From: a virus
Lineage: Duplodnaviria > Caudoviricetes
Virus record (IMG/VR): IMGVR_UViG_3300005739_000078
Span: 1 to 25,399 of that record
Length of the DNA stretch: 25,399 bases
Direction: 5' to 3' (one strand)
Under the pieces are notes generated by a model. It was not told where the DNA came from, did not search any database, and worked only from the letters and a program-made list of their open reading frames with translations. The position numbers and the translations under genes were made by a program. Of this stretch, positions 1-9,418 are shown piece by piece. Positions within the stretch are counted from its first letter, which is position 1. Each line of letters begins with the position of its first letter.

Positions 1-255
1 AAACCGGCTTCACTTTTTTTCATATCTAAATTTGGATGTTTGGTAGAATGTGTAAAATTTTATAGTGAATCTACAATAAATTCACTTTGGGACTCAATTG
101 ATGTTTTACTTACCGCAAATCCCAATCTATTATTAAATCATCCCGATGGTAAAATCGTGATTAAATTCGAAACGACTTACAATACAGAAATAAATTCAAA
201 CTACAGTATTTCTAAGTTGAAGGAGTTGAAAAACAAAATAGAAGAAATTTTATGA
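1..255 (+). CDS. 5'-truncated hypothetical protein, possibly the C-terminus of a degenerate 5'(3')-nucleotidase/HAD-like protein
   Basis: Frame is open from base 1 (KPASLFFISKFGCLVECVKF...), so the true start lies outside the window. DVLLTANP...KIVIKFETTYN loosely resembles the D-x-L-I-D-D-x-P...P-(W/Y)-N tail of NT5C-like HAD proteins. Confidence 0.35.
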   Translation, partial: KPASLFFISKFGCLVECVKFYSESTINSLWDSIDVLLTANPNLLLNHPDGKIVIKFETTYNTEINSNYSISKLKELKNKIEEIL

Positions 256-530
256 TTAGCGTATTAGGTGAAAATTACTTCGTTGATTTAGATGAAGTGG
301 AAAAATTTTTAGATATGTCTGACGATTCGTTGGAACCTCTTTCAGGTAATACAGAAATGAGAATCAACATTGTGAAGTTTGAGTTAGTCAAAATGTTGAT
401 GGAAGTTGTGTTAAGTGAAAACGATGATTTAGACGACAAATTAGGAATGAGAACCAAAGAGAAACTTTCAGTTCCATTCAAAATTGCTTTCAATAGTTTA
501 TTAAATAAAAAATTAATCAATCATTATTAA
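252..530 (+). CDS. hypothetical protein (92 aa)
   Basis: ATGA overlap with the upstream stop and 1-nt gap to the next gene indicate operon packing; no recognised motif. Confidence 0.75.
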   Translation: MISVLGENYFVDLDEVEKFLDMSDDSLEPLSGNTEMRINIVKFELVKMLMEVVLSENDDLDDKLGMRTKEKLSVPFKIAFNSLLNKKLINHY

Positions 531-531
531 A

Positions 532-1584
532 ATGGGTAATTTATCAAAAGAAAAGGTTGAACGTTCGATACAAAACCTTAAAGAAAAAAATTGTAGAATA
601 TACTTTTTCATTCAAGACACTAAAGGTAATGCTAAAGCATCAATTAGATTTATTTATCAAATTGCTAAAGTTTTACATGATAATCAGTATAATCCAATTT
701 TACTACATGAAAAAAATGATTATGTAGGAGTTGGAAAGTGGCTTGATGAATCATTTATGGTGATTCCACATAAATCATTAGAAGAACAAAATCTTGAAAT
801 ATCCCCTGAGGACTTTCTAATTATTCCAGAAATTTTTGGTTTCGTAATGGACCAAGTTAAAAATTTACCATGTGCGAAAGTTGTACTTACTCAACAATAT
901 TTCAATATGTTAGAAACATTACAACCTGGACAAGCTTGGAATTCATTTGGTTTTTTCAAATGTATAACAACGACTTACATTCAAAAACAATACATCGAGA
1001 GAGTAATGAGACAAGCAACTTTCGATATCATAAAACCCTACATATCTGATGTTTTTTCACCAAGACCATTACCTCCCTTACCTATTATCGGGGTTCACAC
1101 CAAAGAACAAAGTGAGGGAATAAATTTAATAAAAACTTTTTATCTGAGATTTCCTCAATATAGATGGTTCACTTTCAGAGACCTAAGAGGATTATCTGAA
1201 AAAGACTTTGCTAACTCACTCAAAGAGTGTTTTCTTACCGTTTGGATAGACGAAAAAAGTGGTTTTGGTACTTTCCCTATCGAATCTATGGCTTGTGGAG
1301 TCCCCGTAATCGGAAAGGTCCCAGATTTAAAACCTGAGTGGATGACAGACGACAACGGTGTTTGGATTACAGATTCGACAATGATTACTGATTTCATCGC
1401 AGACTTCATTCAGAATTGGCTCGAAGATAATATCAAACCTGAATTGTATGAAAACATGAGAATTACCTCTAAGAGTTATCAAAACAAAGACGAATTTGAA
1501 TCAAGAGTCATAAACGTATTTTCGTCATATCTCGACACAAGAGCTTCATCGTTCGAAGAGCAATTAATTAAAACCGAAGAATAA
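532..1584 (+). CDS. GT-B fold glycosyltransferase (GT4-like)
   Basis: C-terminal SGFGTFPIESMACGVPVIG matches the GT4 (E)GFGxxxxEAMAxGxPV signature; N-terminal Rossmann-like strand RIYFFIQD and DFLIIPE. Confidence 0.85.
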   Translation: MGNLSKEKVERSIQNLKEKNCRIYFFIQDTKGNAKASIRFIYQIAKVLHDNQYNPILLHEKNDYVGVGKWLDESFMVIPHKSLEEQNLEISPEDFLIIPEIFGFVMDQVKNLPCAKVVLTQQYFNMLETLQPGQAWNSFGFFKCITTTYIQKQYIERVMRQATFDIIKPYISDVFSPRPLPPLPIIGVHTKEQSEGINLIKTFYLRFPQYRWFTFRDLRGLSEKDFANSLKECFLTVWIDEKSGFGTFPIESMACGVPVIGKVPDLKPEWMTDDNGVWITDSTMITDFIADFIQNWLEDNIKPELYENMRITSKSYQNKDEFESRVINVFSSYLDTRASSFEEQLIKTEE

Positions 1585-1585
1585 T

Positions 1586-2392
1586 ATGGAAAACAAAATT
1601 TCATTATCTGTAATTTTACCTATCAAATCTTCTTTAGCTAAAGATTTTGATACTTTTTTTGAAAAAGCAATAACATCATTGAAAAATCAACAATTAGAAT
1701 TTGAAGAATTAATAATTGTTCCGACCCAAGAGGAGTCCTTGAATAACTTGTTGAAAGATTATGACTTCGGTAGTTTGAATGTTAAAATTTTATCTTTCGA
1801 TGGAACTCCAAATTTTTGTTCTCAAGTAAATTTTGGTATAAAAAATTCAACTTCAAAATGGATTTCCATCTTCGAGTTTGACGATGAGTATTCAAACATT
1901 TGGTTCAAAAATGTAAAACTATATGAAGATTTTTATCCTGAGGTACAAGTATTTTTGCCTGTCGTTGTTGAAACCGACGAAATGGATGCATTTGCAGGAT
2001 TTACAAATGAAGCAACGTTTGCGGCAAATTTTGCACAAGAAATTGGTTATCTAACTAACGATATTTTACATGATTATCAAAATTTCCAAACATCTGGTGC
2101 TTGTTTCAAAAGAGAATTATTTGAAGACTTCGGTGGTTTCAAAGCTTCTATAAAATTGACTTTCGTTTATGAATTTCTTTTAAGATTGACATATAATTCA
2201 GTTAATATTATGACAATTCCGAGATTAGGATATAAACATTCCAATCTTAGAGAGGGTTCAATTTTTTGGGGTTATAGATATGGTGACGATAAAATGTTAG
2301 AAGATGAGGTTAAATTTTGGCTTGAGACTGCCAAAAAAGAATACTTCTTTGTGGACGATAGAGCCATAAAATACGAACCACAACAAAATTAA
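1586..2392 (+). CDS. GT-A fold glycosyltransferase (GT2-like)
   Basis: N-terminal LSVILPI, SLKNQ...EELIIV, NFGIKNSTSKWISIFEFDD (DxD-equivalent region) and FKRELFEDFGGF are GT2 hallmarks. Confidence 0.85.
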   Translation: MENKISLSVILPIKSSLAKDFDTFFEKAITSLKNQQLEFEELIIVPTQEESLNNLLKDYDFGSLNVKILSFDGTPNFCSQVNFGIKNSTSKWISIFEFDDEYSNIWFKNVKLYEDFYPEVQVFLPVVVETDEMDAFAGFTNEATFAANFAQEIGYLTNDILHDYQNFQTSGACFKRELFEDFGGFKASIKLTFVYEFLLRLTYNSVNIMTIPRLGYKHSNLREGSIFWGYRYGDDKMLEDEVKFWLETAKKEYFFVDDRAIKYEPQQN

Positions 2393-3141
2393 TGTCGGAA
2401 ATTTTAACCGCGACAACAGTAGATGCAGTTTCAAAAAAAAGGGGTAGAAAATCAGTTAAAGAAAATTATTTCGATGTTAGAGAAGAAAACGCAGTAAGGA
2501 AATTTCTAATATCAGAAAGTACCGAAGAAAAAAATAAAATCTATAACGAATTTTTGAGAGCCCCTTTAGATAAGATGATTTCATCTATTATCAGGCGTTA
2601 CAAACTTTATAGGAAAGATATGGATTTTGAAGAAATCCATGTGGATACTCACTCTTTTTTGATGACAAAGGTTGATAAATTTAAACCGTCAAAAAACAAA
2701 AAAGCTTACTCATATTTCGGAACTATTTGTAAAAATTACCTAATGGGTCAAATAATAAAAGACCAAAAGGAAACAAATAGGAAAGTTTCATATGAAGATA
2801 TTTCTTCAACCATAGAAGAGAGGCCTGATATGATTTACAGGATTGATGAAGATGTATTAGACACCAATCTTATACTTTCAAGTTATGTGTCTGAACTAAA
2901 AAATTATATCGAAACTGAGGTTTTGAATGAAAATGAAAAAAAATTAGGTTATGCCTTAATGGATTTGTTTAACAATTACGAAACAATTTTTAGTGGTAAC
3001 GAAAATAATAAATTCAATAAAAATATCATCCTATTATCTCTTCGAGAGATGACAAATCTTTCAACCAAAGAAATCAGAGGTTCAATAAAAAAGTTTAAAA
3101 AACTTTATATAGTCATTCAAACGAGGATGAAAAATAACTAA
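2392..3141 (+). CDS. gp55: T4 gp55-like late-transcription sigma factor
   Basis: KVDKFKPSKNKKAYSYFGTICKNYL resembles the sigma region 2.2-2.3 pattern (FDP...AFxYFTxI) of gp55-like phage sigma factors; N-terminal NYF motif; suitable size. Confidence 0.7.
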   Translation: MSEILTATTVDAVSKKRGRKSVKENYFDVREENAVRKFLISESTEEKNKIYNEFLRAPLDKMISSIIRRYKLYRKDMDFEEIHVDTHSFLMTKVDKFKPSKNKKAYSYFGTICKNYLMGQIIKDQKETNRKVSYEDISSTIEERPDMIYRIDEDVLDTNLILSSYVSELKNYIETEVLNENEKKLGYALMDLFNNYETIFSGNENNKFNKNIILLSLREMTNLSTKEIRGSIKKFKKLYIVIQTRMKNN

Positions 3142-3146
3142 AAAGG

Positions 3147-3154
3147 TATTTATA
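3147..3154 (+). promoter_or_regulatory. TATTTATA motif, putative late promoter
   Basis: Exact motif in the 16-nt intergenic gap, 3 nt before ATG 3158; recurs before eight other genes. Confidence 0.55.
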
Positions 3155-3157
3155 GTT

Positions 3158-3520
3158 ATGCCTAGACCTCAAAGAAAACAAATTAATTTTTCGAAAGAAT
3201 CAATTCTTTCGTTGATGCAAGAAATTTACAATGAACTTGTAGAACAAAGAAATACTGCTATAAGAATTCAGAATAAAATGTTAGCGATGTTAAAGGACCC
3301 CGAAGATATGACTACGATAGGTCCTGTAATTGAGAAACAACAAAAAATCGTTAATGAATGTGTAGAAAAAAAGATAAGTCTTTCCAAATTACAAACAACA
3401 ATTTGGGAAAAATCAAACAATAATACTGAAACATTTACACTTTCCGACTTAGACGATGATTTATTACAGAATCTTATAGAGAAAGATGTTTCCTCTGACG
3501 AGGCAACCTATAAAATGTAA
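3158..3520 (+). CDS. hypothetical coiled-coil protein (120 aa)
   Basis: Two long predicted helices and an acidic tail; preceded by TATTTATA. Confidence 0.8.
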   Translation: MPRPQRKQINFSKESILSLMQEIYNELVEQRNTAIRIQNKMLAMLKDPEDMTTIGPVIEKQQKIVNECVEKKISLSKLQTTIWEKSNNNTETFTLSDLDDDLLQNLIEKDVSSDEATYKM

Positions 3521-3525
3521 TAATA

Positions 3526-5652
3526 ATGCAAGAAACTCAAGCAGTAGATGTATCGAGTGCCGCGAAATTGGCAAACCAAAATCTGAGTGCTGCAAACACT
3601 TATATAGAAACTTCACGTAATCAAAAAAAATTAAGAAGGCAGAAAGGTAGTAGTTGGCAAGAATCTTCAAAAAAAACTTCAGAACAACTTAACAAAATTT
3701 CAGAACAACAGAAAAGATTTCAACGAAAGGTTCCTACATCGATGGACCAAATGTTAAACCTATTGAAGCTAACAAGCGGAAGCGGTCAGACAAAAAACTA
3801 TGCTAGAAATTTAATTTTACAAACAGCAATCAAGTGTGAGCCACAAATTAAGAATATAATAAAAGAGGAGGGCCTAAAAGCTTTAGGTTGTAGTGAAGAA
3901 CAAACCTATACAGGTATTGATGTTAGTAGGCTTAACTCCAACTCTCTACAATCTATGCCACTCAACGAAACGATTTTTATACCACTACAAAGTTTGGATA
4001 TTATAACATTAGCTGGAGGTATGTTAAAACGTGAGATTCCTTCACCTGTAGGTAGATTGTTATACGAACAATCTGCAGCTACACCACAAAACCTGACAAC
4101 ATTCAAACCATATGGAGGAAAAGTTGATTTCCCAATGAACGCATCCCTTAATAATCTTACAAACAATACAAATCAATCATTTAGACAATTATATGGTCAA
4201 TATTATCTTGGTTCATCAGGACAATACCTTATGGATTTACAATATTCAACAAGTAACGAGTTTAATATAACTGGAGATTATTTAAGGATTGGTCTTTTGA
4301 ATAGGAGTGGTGGTACTATCAGTGCGACTTCCACAGCGGTAACAAACTCTGTAGGTACTTTTTTATCGGATTATTATTCTACTATAAAATTATTCGATAC
4401 TCGTAATCTAGGGGCACAAATTTTGAATTTTCTAACAAGGTTCATGGAAATGCAAGGAAAATTGGGTGCCGGTGAAATAACTCAAAGTTCTAAGTTTTTC
4501 TTGATTGCTCAGAGAATTTTAGGTCTTTGTTTTGATAATAGAAGAGAAATCGATGTAAGTGGGGTTGCTAAGGTTGCAGAACTCGATGGAGTAGATGATA
4601 AATTTTTTGAGGTAGATGAGATAGACTTACGAGAAATTGATTTGAACGTTTCGAATGTCCAAAATGGTGTTATTGAATTGATAGATTGTGATAACGTAAA
4701 GTTACCTATTGATTATCAAAACATTACAGAACAACTTATCACCATGGGAGATAAATTGTCGGGTATGACTTTAGACCAACAAGTGTCGGCAATTAATGAA
4801 ATAATCGATAGTGTCTCATCCAACCCAAATTGGAAAATTTATACAAATAGTAATTTCAACGCTCAAGGTGCTTTCGGACAAAATTTGATAACTAACATAG
4901 CTTTAGCTGTATCCCAAGCGGCTTTGAGTCCAAAAACGCTGCTACCTATATTCATAATGTTGGCTGTATTACAAAAAAGCGCAATTAACACTTGGAATAC
5001 TCAAGTCCCAAGTGCAAATACTTTGAACGAATCGGCAACTACCATAAATAACCAAATTATCAACGTTGTCTCAGATAGCGTTCAATTTTTAAAGAAATTC
5101 AAAAAATTTGGAATTCAGGTAATATCCAAAATTGGAGCAGTCTTTCTGAGGACAATGTTCGAATTGATAAAAAAAGATATTTTGAATATAATAGCCCTGA
5201 TAATCCAAGATATTACCCTTTCAGAAAAAATGAAAAAATATCGAACTATATTGAGGTTGGTTGGAATCGCAACCGCACTGGCGGGTGAAATTATAAAAGG
5301 TCTTCAAGATTATAGGAAATGCAAATCTCTTTTGGACAACATAAATAATATTATATCCATTATTAATGGGATTCCTAAAAAAAGAACTAAACTTCCGGTT
5401 GTTTTAGCAATACTATCAGACTTTTTACCGGGGGAGTCACCACAAAGAGCAACAATAAACACAATAAAATATCTTCAAGAGTTAGGAATCCCAACTGGAC
5501 CTTTACCAGATGGTTCCCCTAACTTAACATTACAGATGTTATTTGCAGCTCAAAAAGGTGATAAAGATGAGCAAGCCGATAATGGTGTCTCAGACACATT
5601 CTTAGTCCCTACAAAGGAGGGATTACCCAGATGGGTAACATTACCAAGATAA
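3526..5652 (+). CDS. large hypothetical protein (708 aa), probable virion or baseplate-associated
   Basis: Long ORF upstream of the spike gene; several hydrophobic helices in the C-terminal third. Function inferred from context only. Confidence 0.6.
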   Translation: MQETQAVDVSSAAKLANQNLSAANTYIETSRNQKKLRRQKGSSWQESSKKTSEQLNKISEQQKRFQRKVPTSMDQMLNLLKLTSGSGQTKNYARNLILQTAIKCEPQIKNIIKEEGLKALGCSEEQTYTGIDVSRLNSNSLQSMPLNETIFIPLQSLDIITLAGGMLKREIPSPVGRLLYEQSAATPQNLTTFKPYGGKVDFPMNASLNNLTNNTNQSFRQLYGQYYLGSSGQYLMDLQYSTSNEFNITGDYLRIGLLNRSGGTISATSTAVTNSVGTFLSDYYSTIKLFDTRNLGAQILNFLTRFMEMQGKLGAGEITQSSKFFLIAQRILGLCFDNRREIDVSGVAKVAELDGVDDKFFEVDEIDLREIDLNVSNVQNGVIELIDCDNVKLPIDYQNITEQLITMGDKLSGMTLDQQVSAINEIIDSVSSNPNWKIYTNSNFNAQGAFGQNLITNIALAVSQAALSPKTLLPIFIMLAVLQKSAINTWNTQVPSANTLNESATTINNQIINVVSDSVQFLKKFKKFGIQVISKIGAVFLRTMFELIKKDILNIIALIIQDITLSEKMKKYRTILRLVGIATALAGEIIKGLQDYRKCKSLLDNINNIISIINGIPKKRTKLPVVLAILSDFLPGESPQRATINTIKYLQELGIPTGPLPDGSPNLTLQMLFAAQKGDKDEQADNGVSDTFLVPTKEGLPRWVTLPR

Positions 5653-5855
5653 TGAAAAAAGAAGAATTAGACCATATTGCAACGTCTCTGAGTGACCTCA
5701 AGAATTTACCCAACTCTAAATTAGTAGAGTTCATGGATAAATTGTCTATGGAATACGAGGATACAAAGACTTTCATTATAAATTCAACCTTACATTTGGA
5801 TGCGGTTGAAAATCTATACAATAAAATCTTGAAAGAATATGAAACAAGAACATGA
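5652..5855 (+). CDS. small helical hypothetical protein (67 aa)
   Basis: ATG at 5652 overlaps the upstream TAA (TAATG coupling), preferred over the track start at 5631; ATGA overlap with the next gene. Confidence 0.7.
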   Translation: MKKEELDHIATSLSDLKNLPNSKLVEFMDKLSMEYEDTKTFIINSTLHLDAVENLYNKILKEYETRT

Positions 5856-7408
5856 GTGATTCAATACTTTTTCAGTGCATTGTAATTGATAACAAAGACC
5901 CTTTGATGTTGGGTCGTGTAAGAGCACGCCTGAGAATTGATAATTACGAGGACATTATCAAAGGGATGGAGAATTGGAATCCTGTTCAAGACCCTTGGAC
6001 CGCTAAAGACCCTTTTATATTCAATCCATTACTTCCTTATTTTGTATATCAAGTTCCCGAAATCAACGAAATTATTCAAGTAATTTATGTAAATAAAGAA
6101 TTCAAATACCAAAACCAATATTACGTACAAAACAATTTTTACTCACCTAACTCAGTGTTCAATCAATACAATGTTGGTGGAGACAAATTTACAGGTACTG
6201 GTATGCAATTGAAGTCCCCGAGAAATATTAGAAATAAAATCACTGGAGCGTATGATAATCAGGCTGAAAGTGGTTTGTATCCAGAACCTGGTGATAATGC
6301 AATTTTGGGAAGGGGTAATGCGGACTTGATTGTTAAAAAAGAAACTGTATTACTGAGAGCAGGTAAATACAGAGCAAACCCACAATCGAACGTTACCTTT
6401 GTTGGAAACAATAAAAGAGCGTTTCTACAACTCTCCCAATTCGACAAGGTAAAAAAAGATTTACCAAAGAAATCGGTGGTCACATCGACCGTAGCGGTTT
6501 TACAGGTTAAATACCTGATTGAATGGGTTATTACAAATCCTGAAAATACTCAAAATAAATTTTGTGGTGCTGTGTATTTTTATCAATTAAAGTTAGACCC
6601 AAAAAACTTTTTAACTAATTCTGATAATTTAAAAATAGACACGGTTTTACCTGAAAATCTCAAAACTTTGGTTGCTCAAGAATCTTTCACGTCCTTGGGT
6701 GTTGAGGACACTATTGATTTCATTAATTCTTTTATCAAATCTTGTAATCAAGGCACGAGAACCCCAAGTGGAACAGTATTATTTAGCCAAAACCAAGATA
6801 AATTTCCAATTTATTTTAGGCCGAGTAACTCGACCAACAAGTTACTGGACCCCTCATATAATTTGTCAAATTTTCAAAGTACATCAAATCCTTTGTGTCC
6901 CCCTGGTACCATTGATGCAATCAGGAAAAATATACTCAAGATTTTTAAAGGGATTAAATTAAATCCGAACGATACTTCTGGATTTGGTTTAATTTGGAAA
7001 CAAAACACTGTTGGAGTTCCCCTGAGAACCAATATAAAAGAAATAGAAGAATCATACTATGCATCTGATTTCACAACATTTGGTGCAATCGGTGCAGAAA
7101 AAGTTGTCTTGTTATCTCATACAACTAAAAACGATAAACCTCCCATTAATTTCGATGGAACCCTTTATGGTATTTCTGGTCAAACATTTTTTGAACAAAT
7201 ATTACCAGCAACCTCATCAATGGTAAGAGGTGAAGAATTATTGGAATTGATAAATCTTATTGTAAGATATTTGGTCACTCACACTCACGCATACCCTGGT
7301 TTGCCTCCAGTTCCAGTCACACAGGATGGTACCACTGTTGATGATATTTTAACTGAGCTACAAAATGCTAGCAACAAAATATTGAACGACAATATTCGTT
7401 TGAATTGA
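5852..7408 (+). CDS. baseplate central spike/hub protein (gp5/VgrG/gpV-like)
   Basis: N-terminal VIDNKDPLMLGRVRARL and QVPEINEIIQVIY match the gp5 OB-fold; PEPGDNAILGRGNADL; C-terminal THTH metal-binding motif typical of spike tips. Confidence 0.8.
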   Translation: MSDSILFQCIVIDNKDPLMLGRVRARLRIDNYEDIIKGMENWNPVQDPWTAKDPFIFNPLLPYFVYQVPEINEIIQVIYVNKEFKYQNQYYVQNNFYSPNSVFNQYNVGGDKFTGTGMQLKSPRNIRNKITGAYDNQAESGLYPEPGDNAILGRGNADLIVKKETVLLRAGKYRANPQSNVTFVGNNKRAFLQLSQFDKVKKDLPKKSVVTSTVAVLQVKYLIEWVITNPENTQNKFCGAVYFYQLKLDPKNFLTNSDNLKIDTVLPENLKTLVAQESFTSLGVEDTIDFINSFIKSCNQGTRTPSGTVLFSQNQDKFPIYFRPSNSTNKLLDPSYNLSNFQSTSNPLCPPGTIDAIRKNILKIFKGIKLNPNDTSGFGLIWKQNTVGVPLRTNIKEIEESYYASDFTTFGAIGAEKVVLLSHTTKNDKPPINFDGTLYGISGQTFFEQILPATSSMVRGEELLELINLIVRYLVTHTHAYPGLPPVPVTQDGTTVDDILTELQNASNKILNDNIRLN

Positions 7409-7416
7409 TATTTATA
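7409..7416 (+). promoter_or_regulatory. TATTTATA motif, putative late promoter
   Basis: Immediately after the TGA of the spike gene and 11 nt before ATG 7428. Confidence 0.6.
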
Positions 7417-7427
7417 AAAAAAAGTAG

Positions 7428-8930
7428 ATGTCAATTTTAAGGTCTTATATTGAGAAAAATAATACTATCACTTCGAGTTCCTATGTTAATACTGCAAGAA
7501 ATCCTGTTGTGCAGTTAAATTTTGGTGCTTCGGACTTTGTTGTGCCAAATTTTGGATTCACAAGATATCTTTTTGATTTGGATTTAGATTTACTCAGAAC
7601 CCAAATTCAAAATGGAGTTATATCAACGGGTTGTACGTCAGGAATGACTCACGTTTTGAAAATGACAAATACTTCATCATTTGAGACTGATTTGGTAAAT
7701 ACAAATATGTCAGATGAAAGAAGAAGAGCCTCATCTTTTGATTTGATTTTATTCAGAATACCTAAGTATTCAGGCTCGACAGGTATCCCACAATTTTGGG
7801 ATGAAGGTGTTGGATTCGATTACAACGATTTCAATTTGACAAAAAACTCTGCACTAGGAGGTCAATCACCTTTGACTTATGTTGATTCTAGAGCTTTTTC
7901 TACTAGACCTTCAAATTGGTATCAAACCACAACAATTGATACTTGGTCAGAACCAGGTTTATATAACAATAAAAATGAGGGAATTGTTAATTATTCAGGA
8001 TTGACAATAGTTGCAACACAACACTTTGCAATAGGTAACGAAGATATTGAAATGGATATGACCAATGAAATAAACTCAATATTGAATGGTTCATTGACAG
8101 GGGTTACTGGGTGGGGTATCGCTTATTTACCCCAAATTGAAAACATAAGCGGTCTTACAGATAGTTACAGTGTTGCGTTTTTCTCGAAATACACACAAAC
8201 TTTTTACCAACCTTATCTACTTACAACATATGATGATTTGGTCCAAGATGACAGGAATTTATTCTTACGAAATCAAGTAAATAAACTTTATTTATATGTT
8301 TATCAAAATGGTGATTTGGTAAATTTAGATTCATTACCTTTTGTTAGAATAGAAGACCAAAAAGGTGTTGCAGTAAGTGGAATGACCTCTCTATCTACAT
8401 GTTTGAGAACAAGAGGAATTTATGAGGTTATTGTCCCTAACGGATTCTCAGGTTATCCTACGCCTTGTCAGTTTTATGATATATGGTCTGGACTTACAAT
8501 CAACGGACAATCAATACCCAATGTTGAAAATCAATTCATATTACAAGAATATAGTGCCGGAATACAAATTGGTTCAACGTCCAAAGAACCTCAAAAATTT
8601 GGTTTTGATTTTTACGGAATTTTGCAGGATGAAAAAATTCTGACTTCTGATATAAGGAAGATTGGCGTGACAATCAAAAAAGCTTATACAGGACAACAAC
8701 TTATCATAGATGGTTCATCTTTTTACAGAGTATATGTGAGAGAGGGTAATACTGAAGTAGTTGTACAGGACTGGACACCTATAAACAGAACGCCAAATGA
8801 ATTTTTCTTTATGTTCGACATGAGGGATAAAATTCCTAATCAATATTATGTTGATATACAAGTGAATACTTCGGGAGAGAAAGATACTTATAAGAAACAA
8901 TTAACTTTTAACATCGTTAATAGAAAATGA
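7428..8930 (+). CDS. probable virion structural protein (500 aa, beta-rich; DNRLRE-like N-terminus, possibly Ig-like C-terminus)
   Basis: NTARNPVVQL...TRYLFDLDL resembles DNRLRE-type beta-sandwich starts; T/S/G/N-rich; follows the spike gene and the late motif. Confidence 0.5.
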   Translation: MSILRSYIEKNNTITSSSYVNTARNPVVQLNFGASDFVVPNFGFTRYLFDLDLDLLRTQIQNGVISTGCTSGMTHVLKMTNTSSFETDLVNTNMSDERRRASSFDLILFRIPKYSGSTGIPQFWDEGVGFDYNDFNLTKNSALGGQSPLTYVDSRAFSTRPSNWYQTTTIDTWSEPGLYNNKNEGIVNYSGLTIVATQHFAIGNEDIEMDMTNEINSILNGSLTGVTGWGIAYLPQIENISGLTDSYSVAFFSKYTQTFYQPYLLTTYDDLVQDDRNLFLRNQVNKLYLYVYQNGDLVNLDSLPFVRIEDQKGVAVSGMTSLSTCLRTRGIYEVIVPNGFSGYPTPCQFYDIWSGLTINGQSIPNVENQFILQEYSAGIQIGSTSKEPQKFGFDFYGILQDEKILTSDIRKIGVTIKKAYTGQQLIIDGSSFYRVYVREGNTEVVVQDWTPINRTPNEFFFMFDMRDKIPNQYYVDIQVNTSGEKDTYKKQLTFNIVNRK

Positions 8931-9391
8931 AAAAAATAGTAAAACTTACAGAAAAAGATTTGACAAACCTTGTCAAAAAAGTTCTTTCAGAACAAGAACA
9001 AGAAAATTATATGTTTTTTGGAAATTTGAAACAGATTCAAAGACAGTGTAAATTATTGTTGGAATTGGACCCTGAAATGATTGATAATATTTTACAAAAT
9101 GGCCACGATTGGGCTGATGACCACGTAACTGAAGCAAAAGTTAATATGGACCAAGTCTTCGATTTCATTATGAATGAAAGAACTAAAATGGAGCAGTATG
9201 TTGAGTACGAAGATATAAATGAGGGTGAGAAAAAAACAGGTACTAAATTATGTGCAAGAGGAAAGGCAGCTGCAAAAGCTAAATTTAAAGTTTATCCAAG
9301 TGCTTATGCTAATGGATACGCAGTACAAGTTTGTAAGGGCACTATGCCTGGGTTAGATGGAAAAAAACAATGTTCAGGTTCTTATTGTTAA
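8927..9391 (+). CDS. modular hypothetical protein, putative internal head protein (KLTE leader, HDWADDH module, YPSAYANG module)
   Basis: Leader MKKIVKLTEKDLTNLVKKVLSEQ; C-terminal basic Cys module LCARGKAAAKAKFKVYPSAYANGYAVQVCKG. Confidence 0.7.
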   Translation: MKKIVKLTEKDLTNLVKKVLSEQEQENYMFFGNLKQIQRQCKLLLELDPEMIDNILQNGHDWADDHVTEAKVNMDQVFDFIMNERTKMEQYVEYEDINEGEKKTGTKLCARGKAAAKAKFKVYPSAYANGYAVQVCKGTMPGLDGKKQCSGSYC

Positions 9392-9414
9392 AATAAAAAG
9401 TTCCATTATCTTTG
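9385..9414 (+). promoter_or_regulatory. Bacteroidota-type housekeeping promoter (TTG-N19-TAnnTTTG)
   Basis: TTG at 9385-9387, 19-nt spacer, TATCTTTG at 9407-9414, 4 nt before ATG 9419; matches the Bacteroidota -33/-7 consensus. Confidence 0.6.
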
Positions 9415-9418
9415 TAAA

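Noticed and set aside
8289-8296. Intragenic TATTTATA copy
   Set aside because: It lies mid-CDS with no credible downstream start and is likely a chance occurrence in AT-rich sequence.
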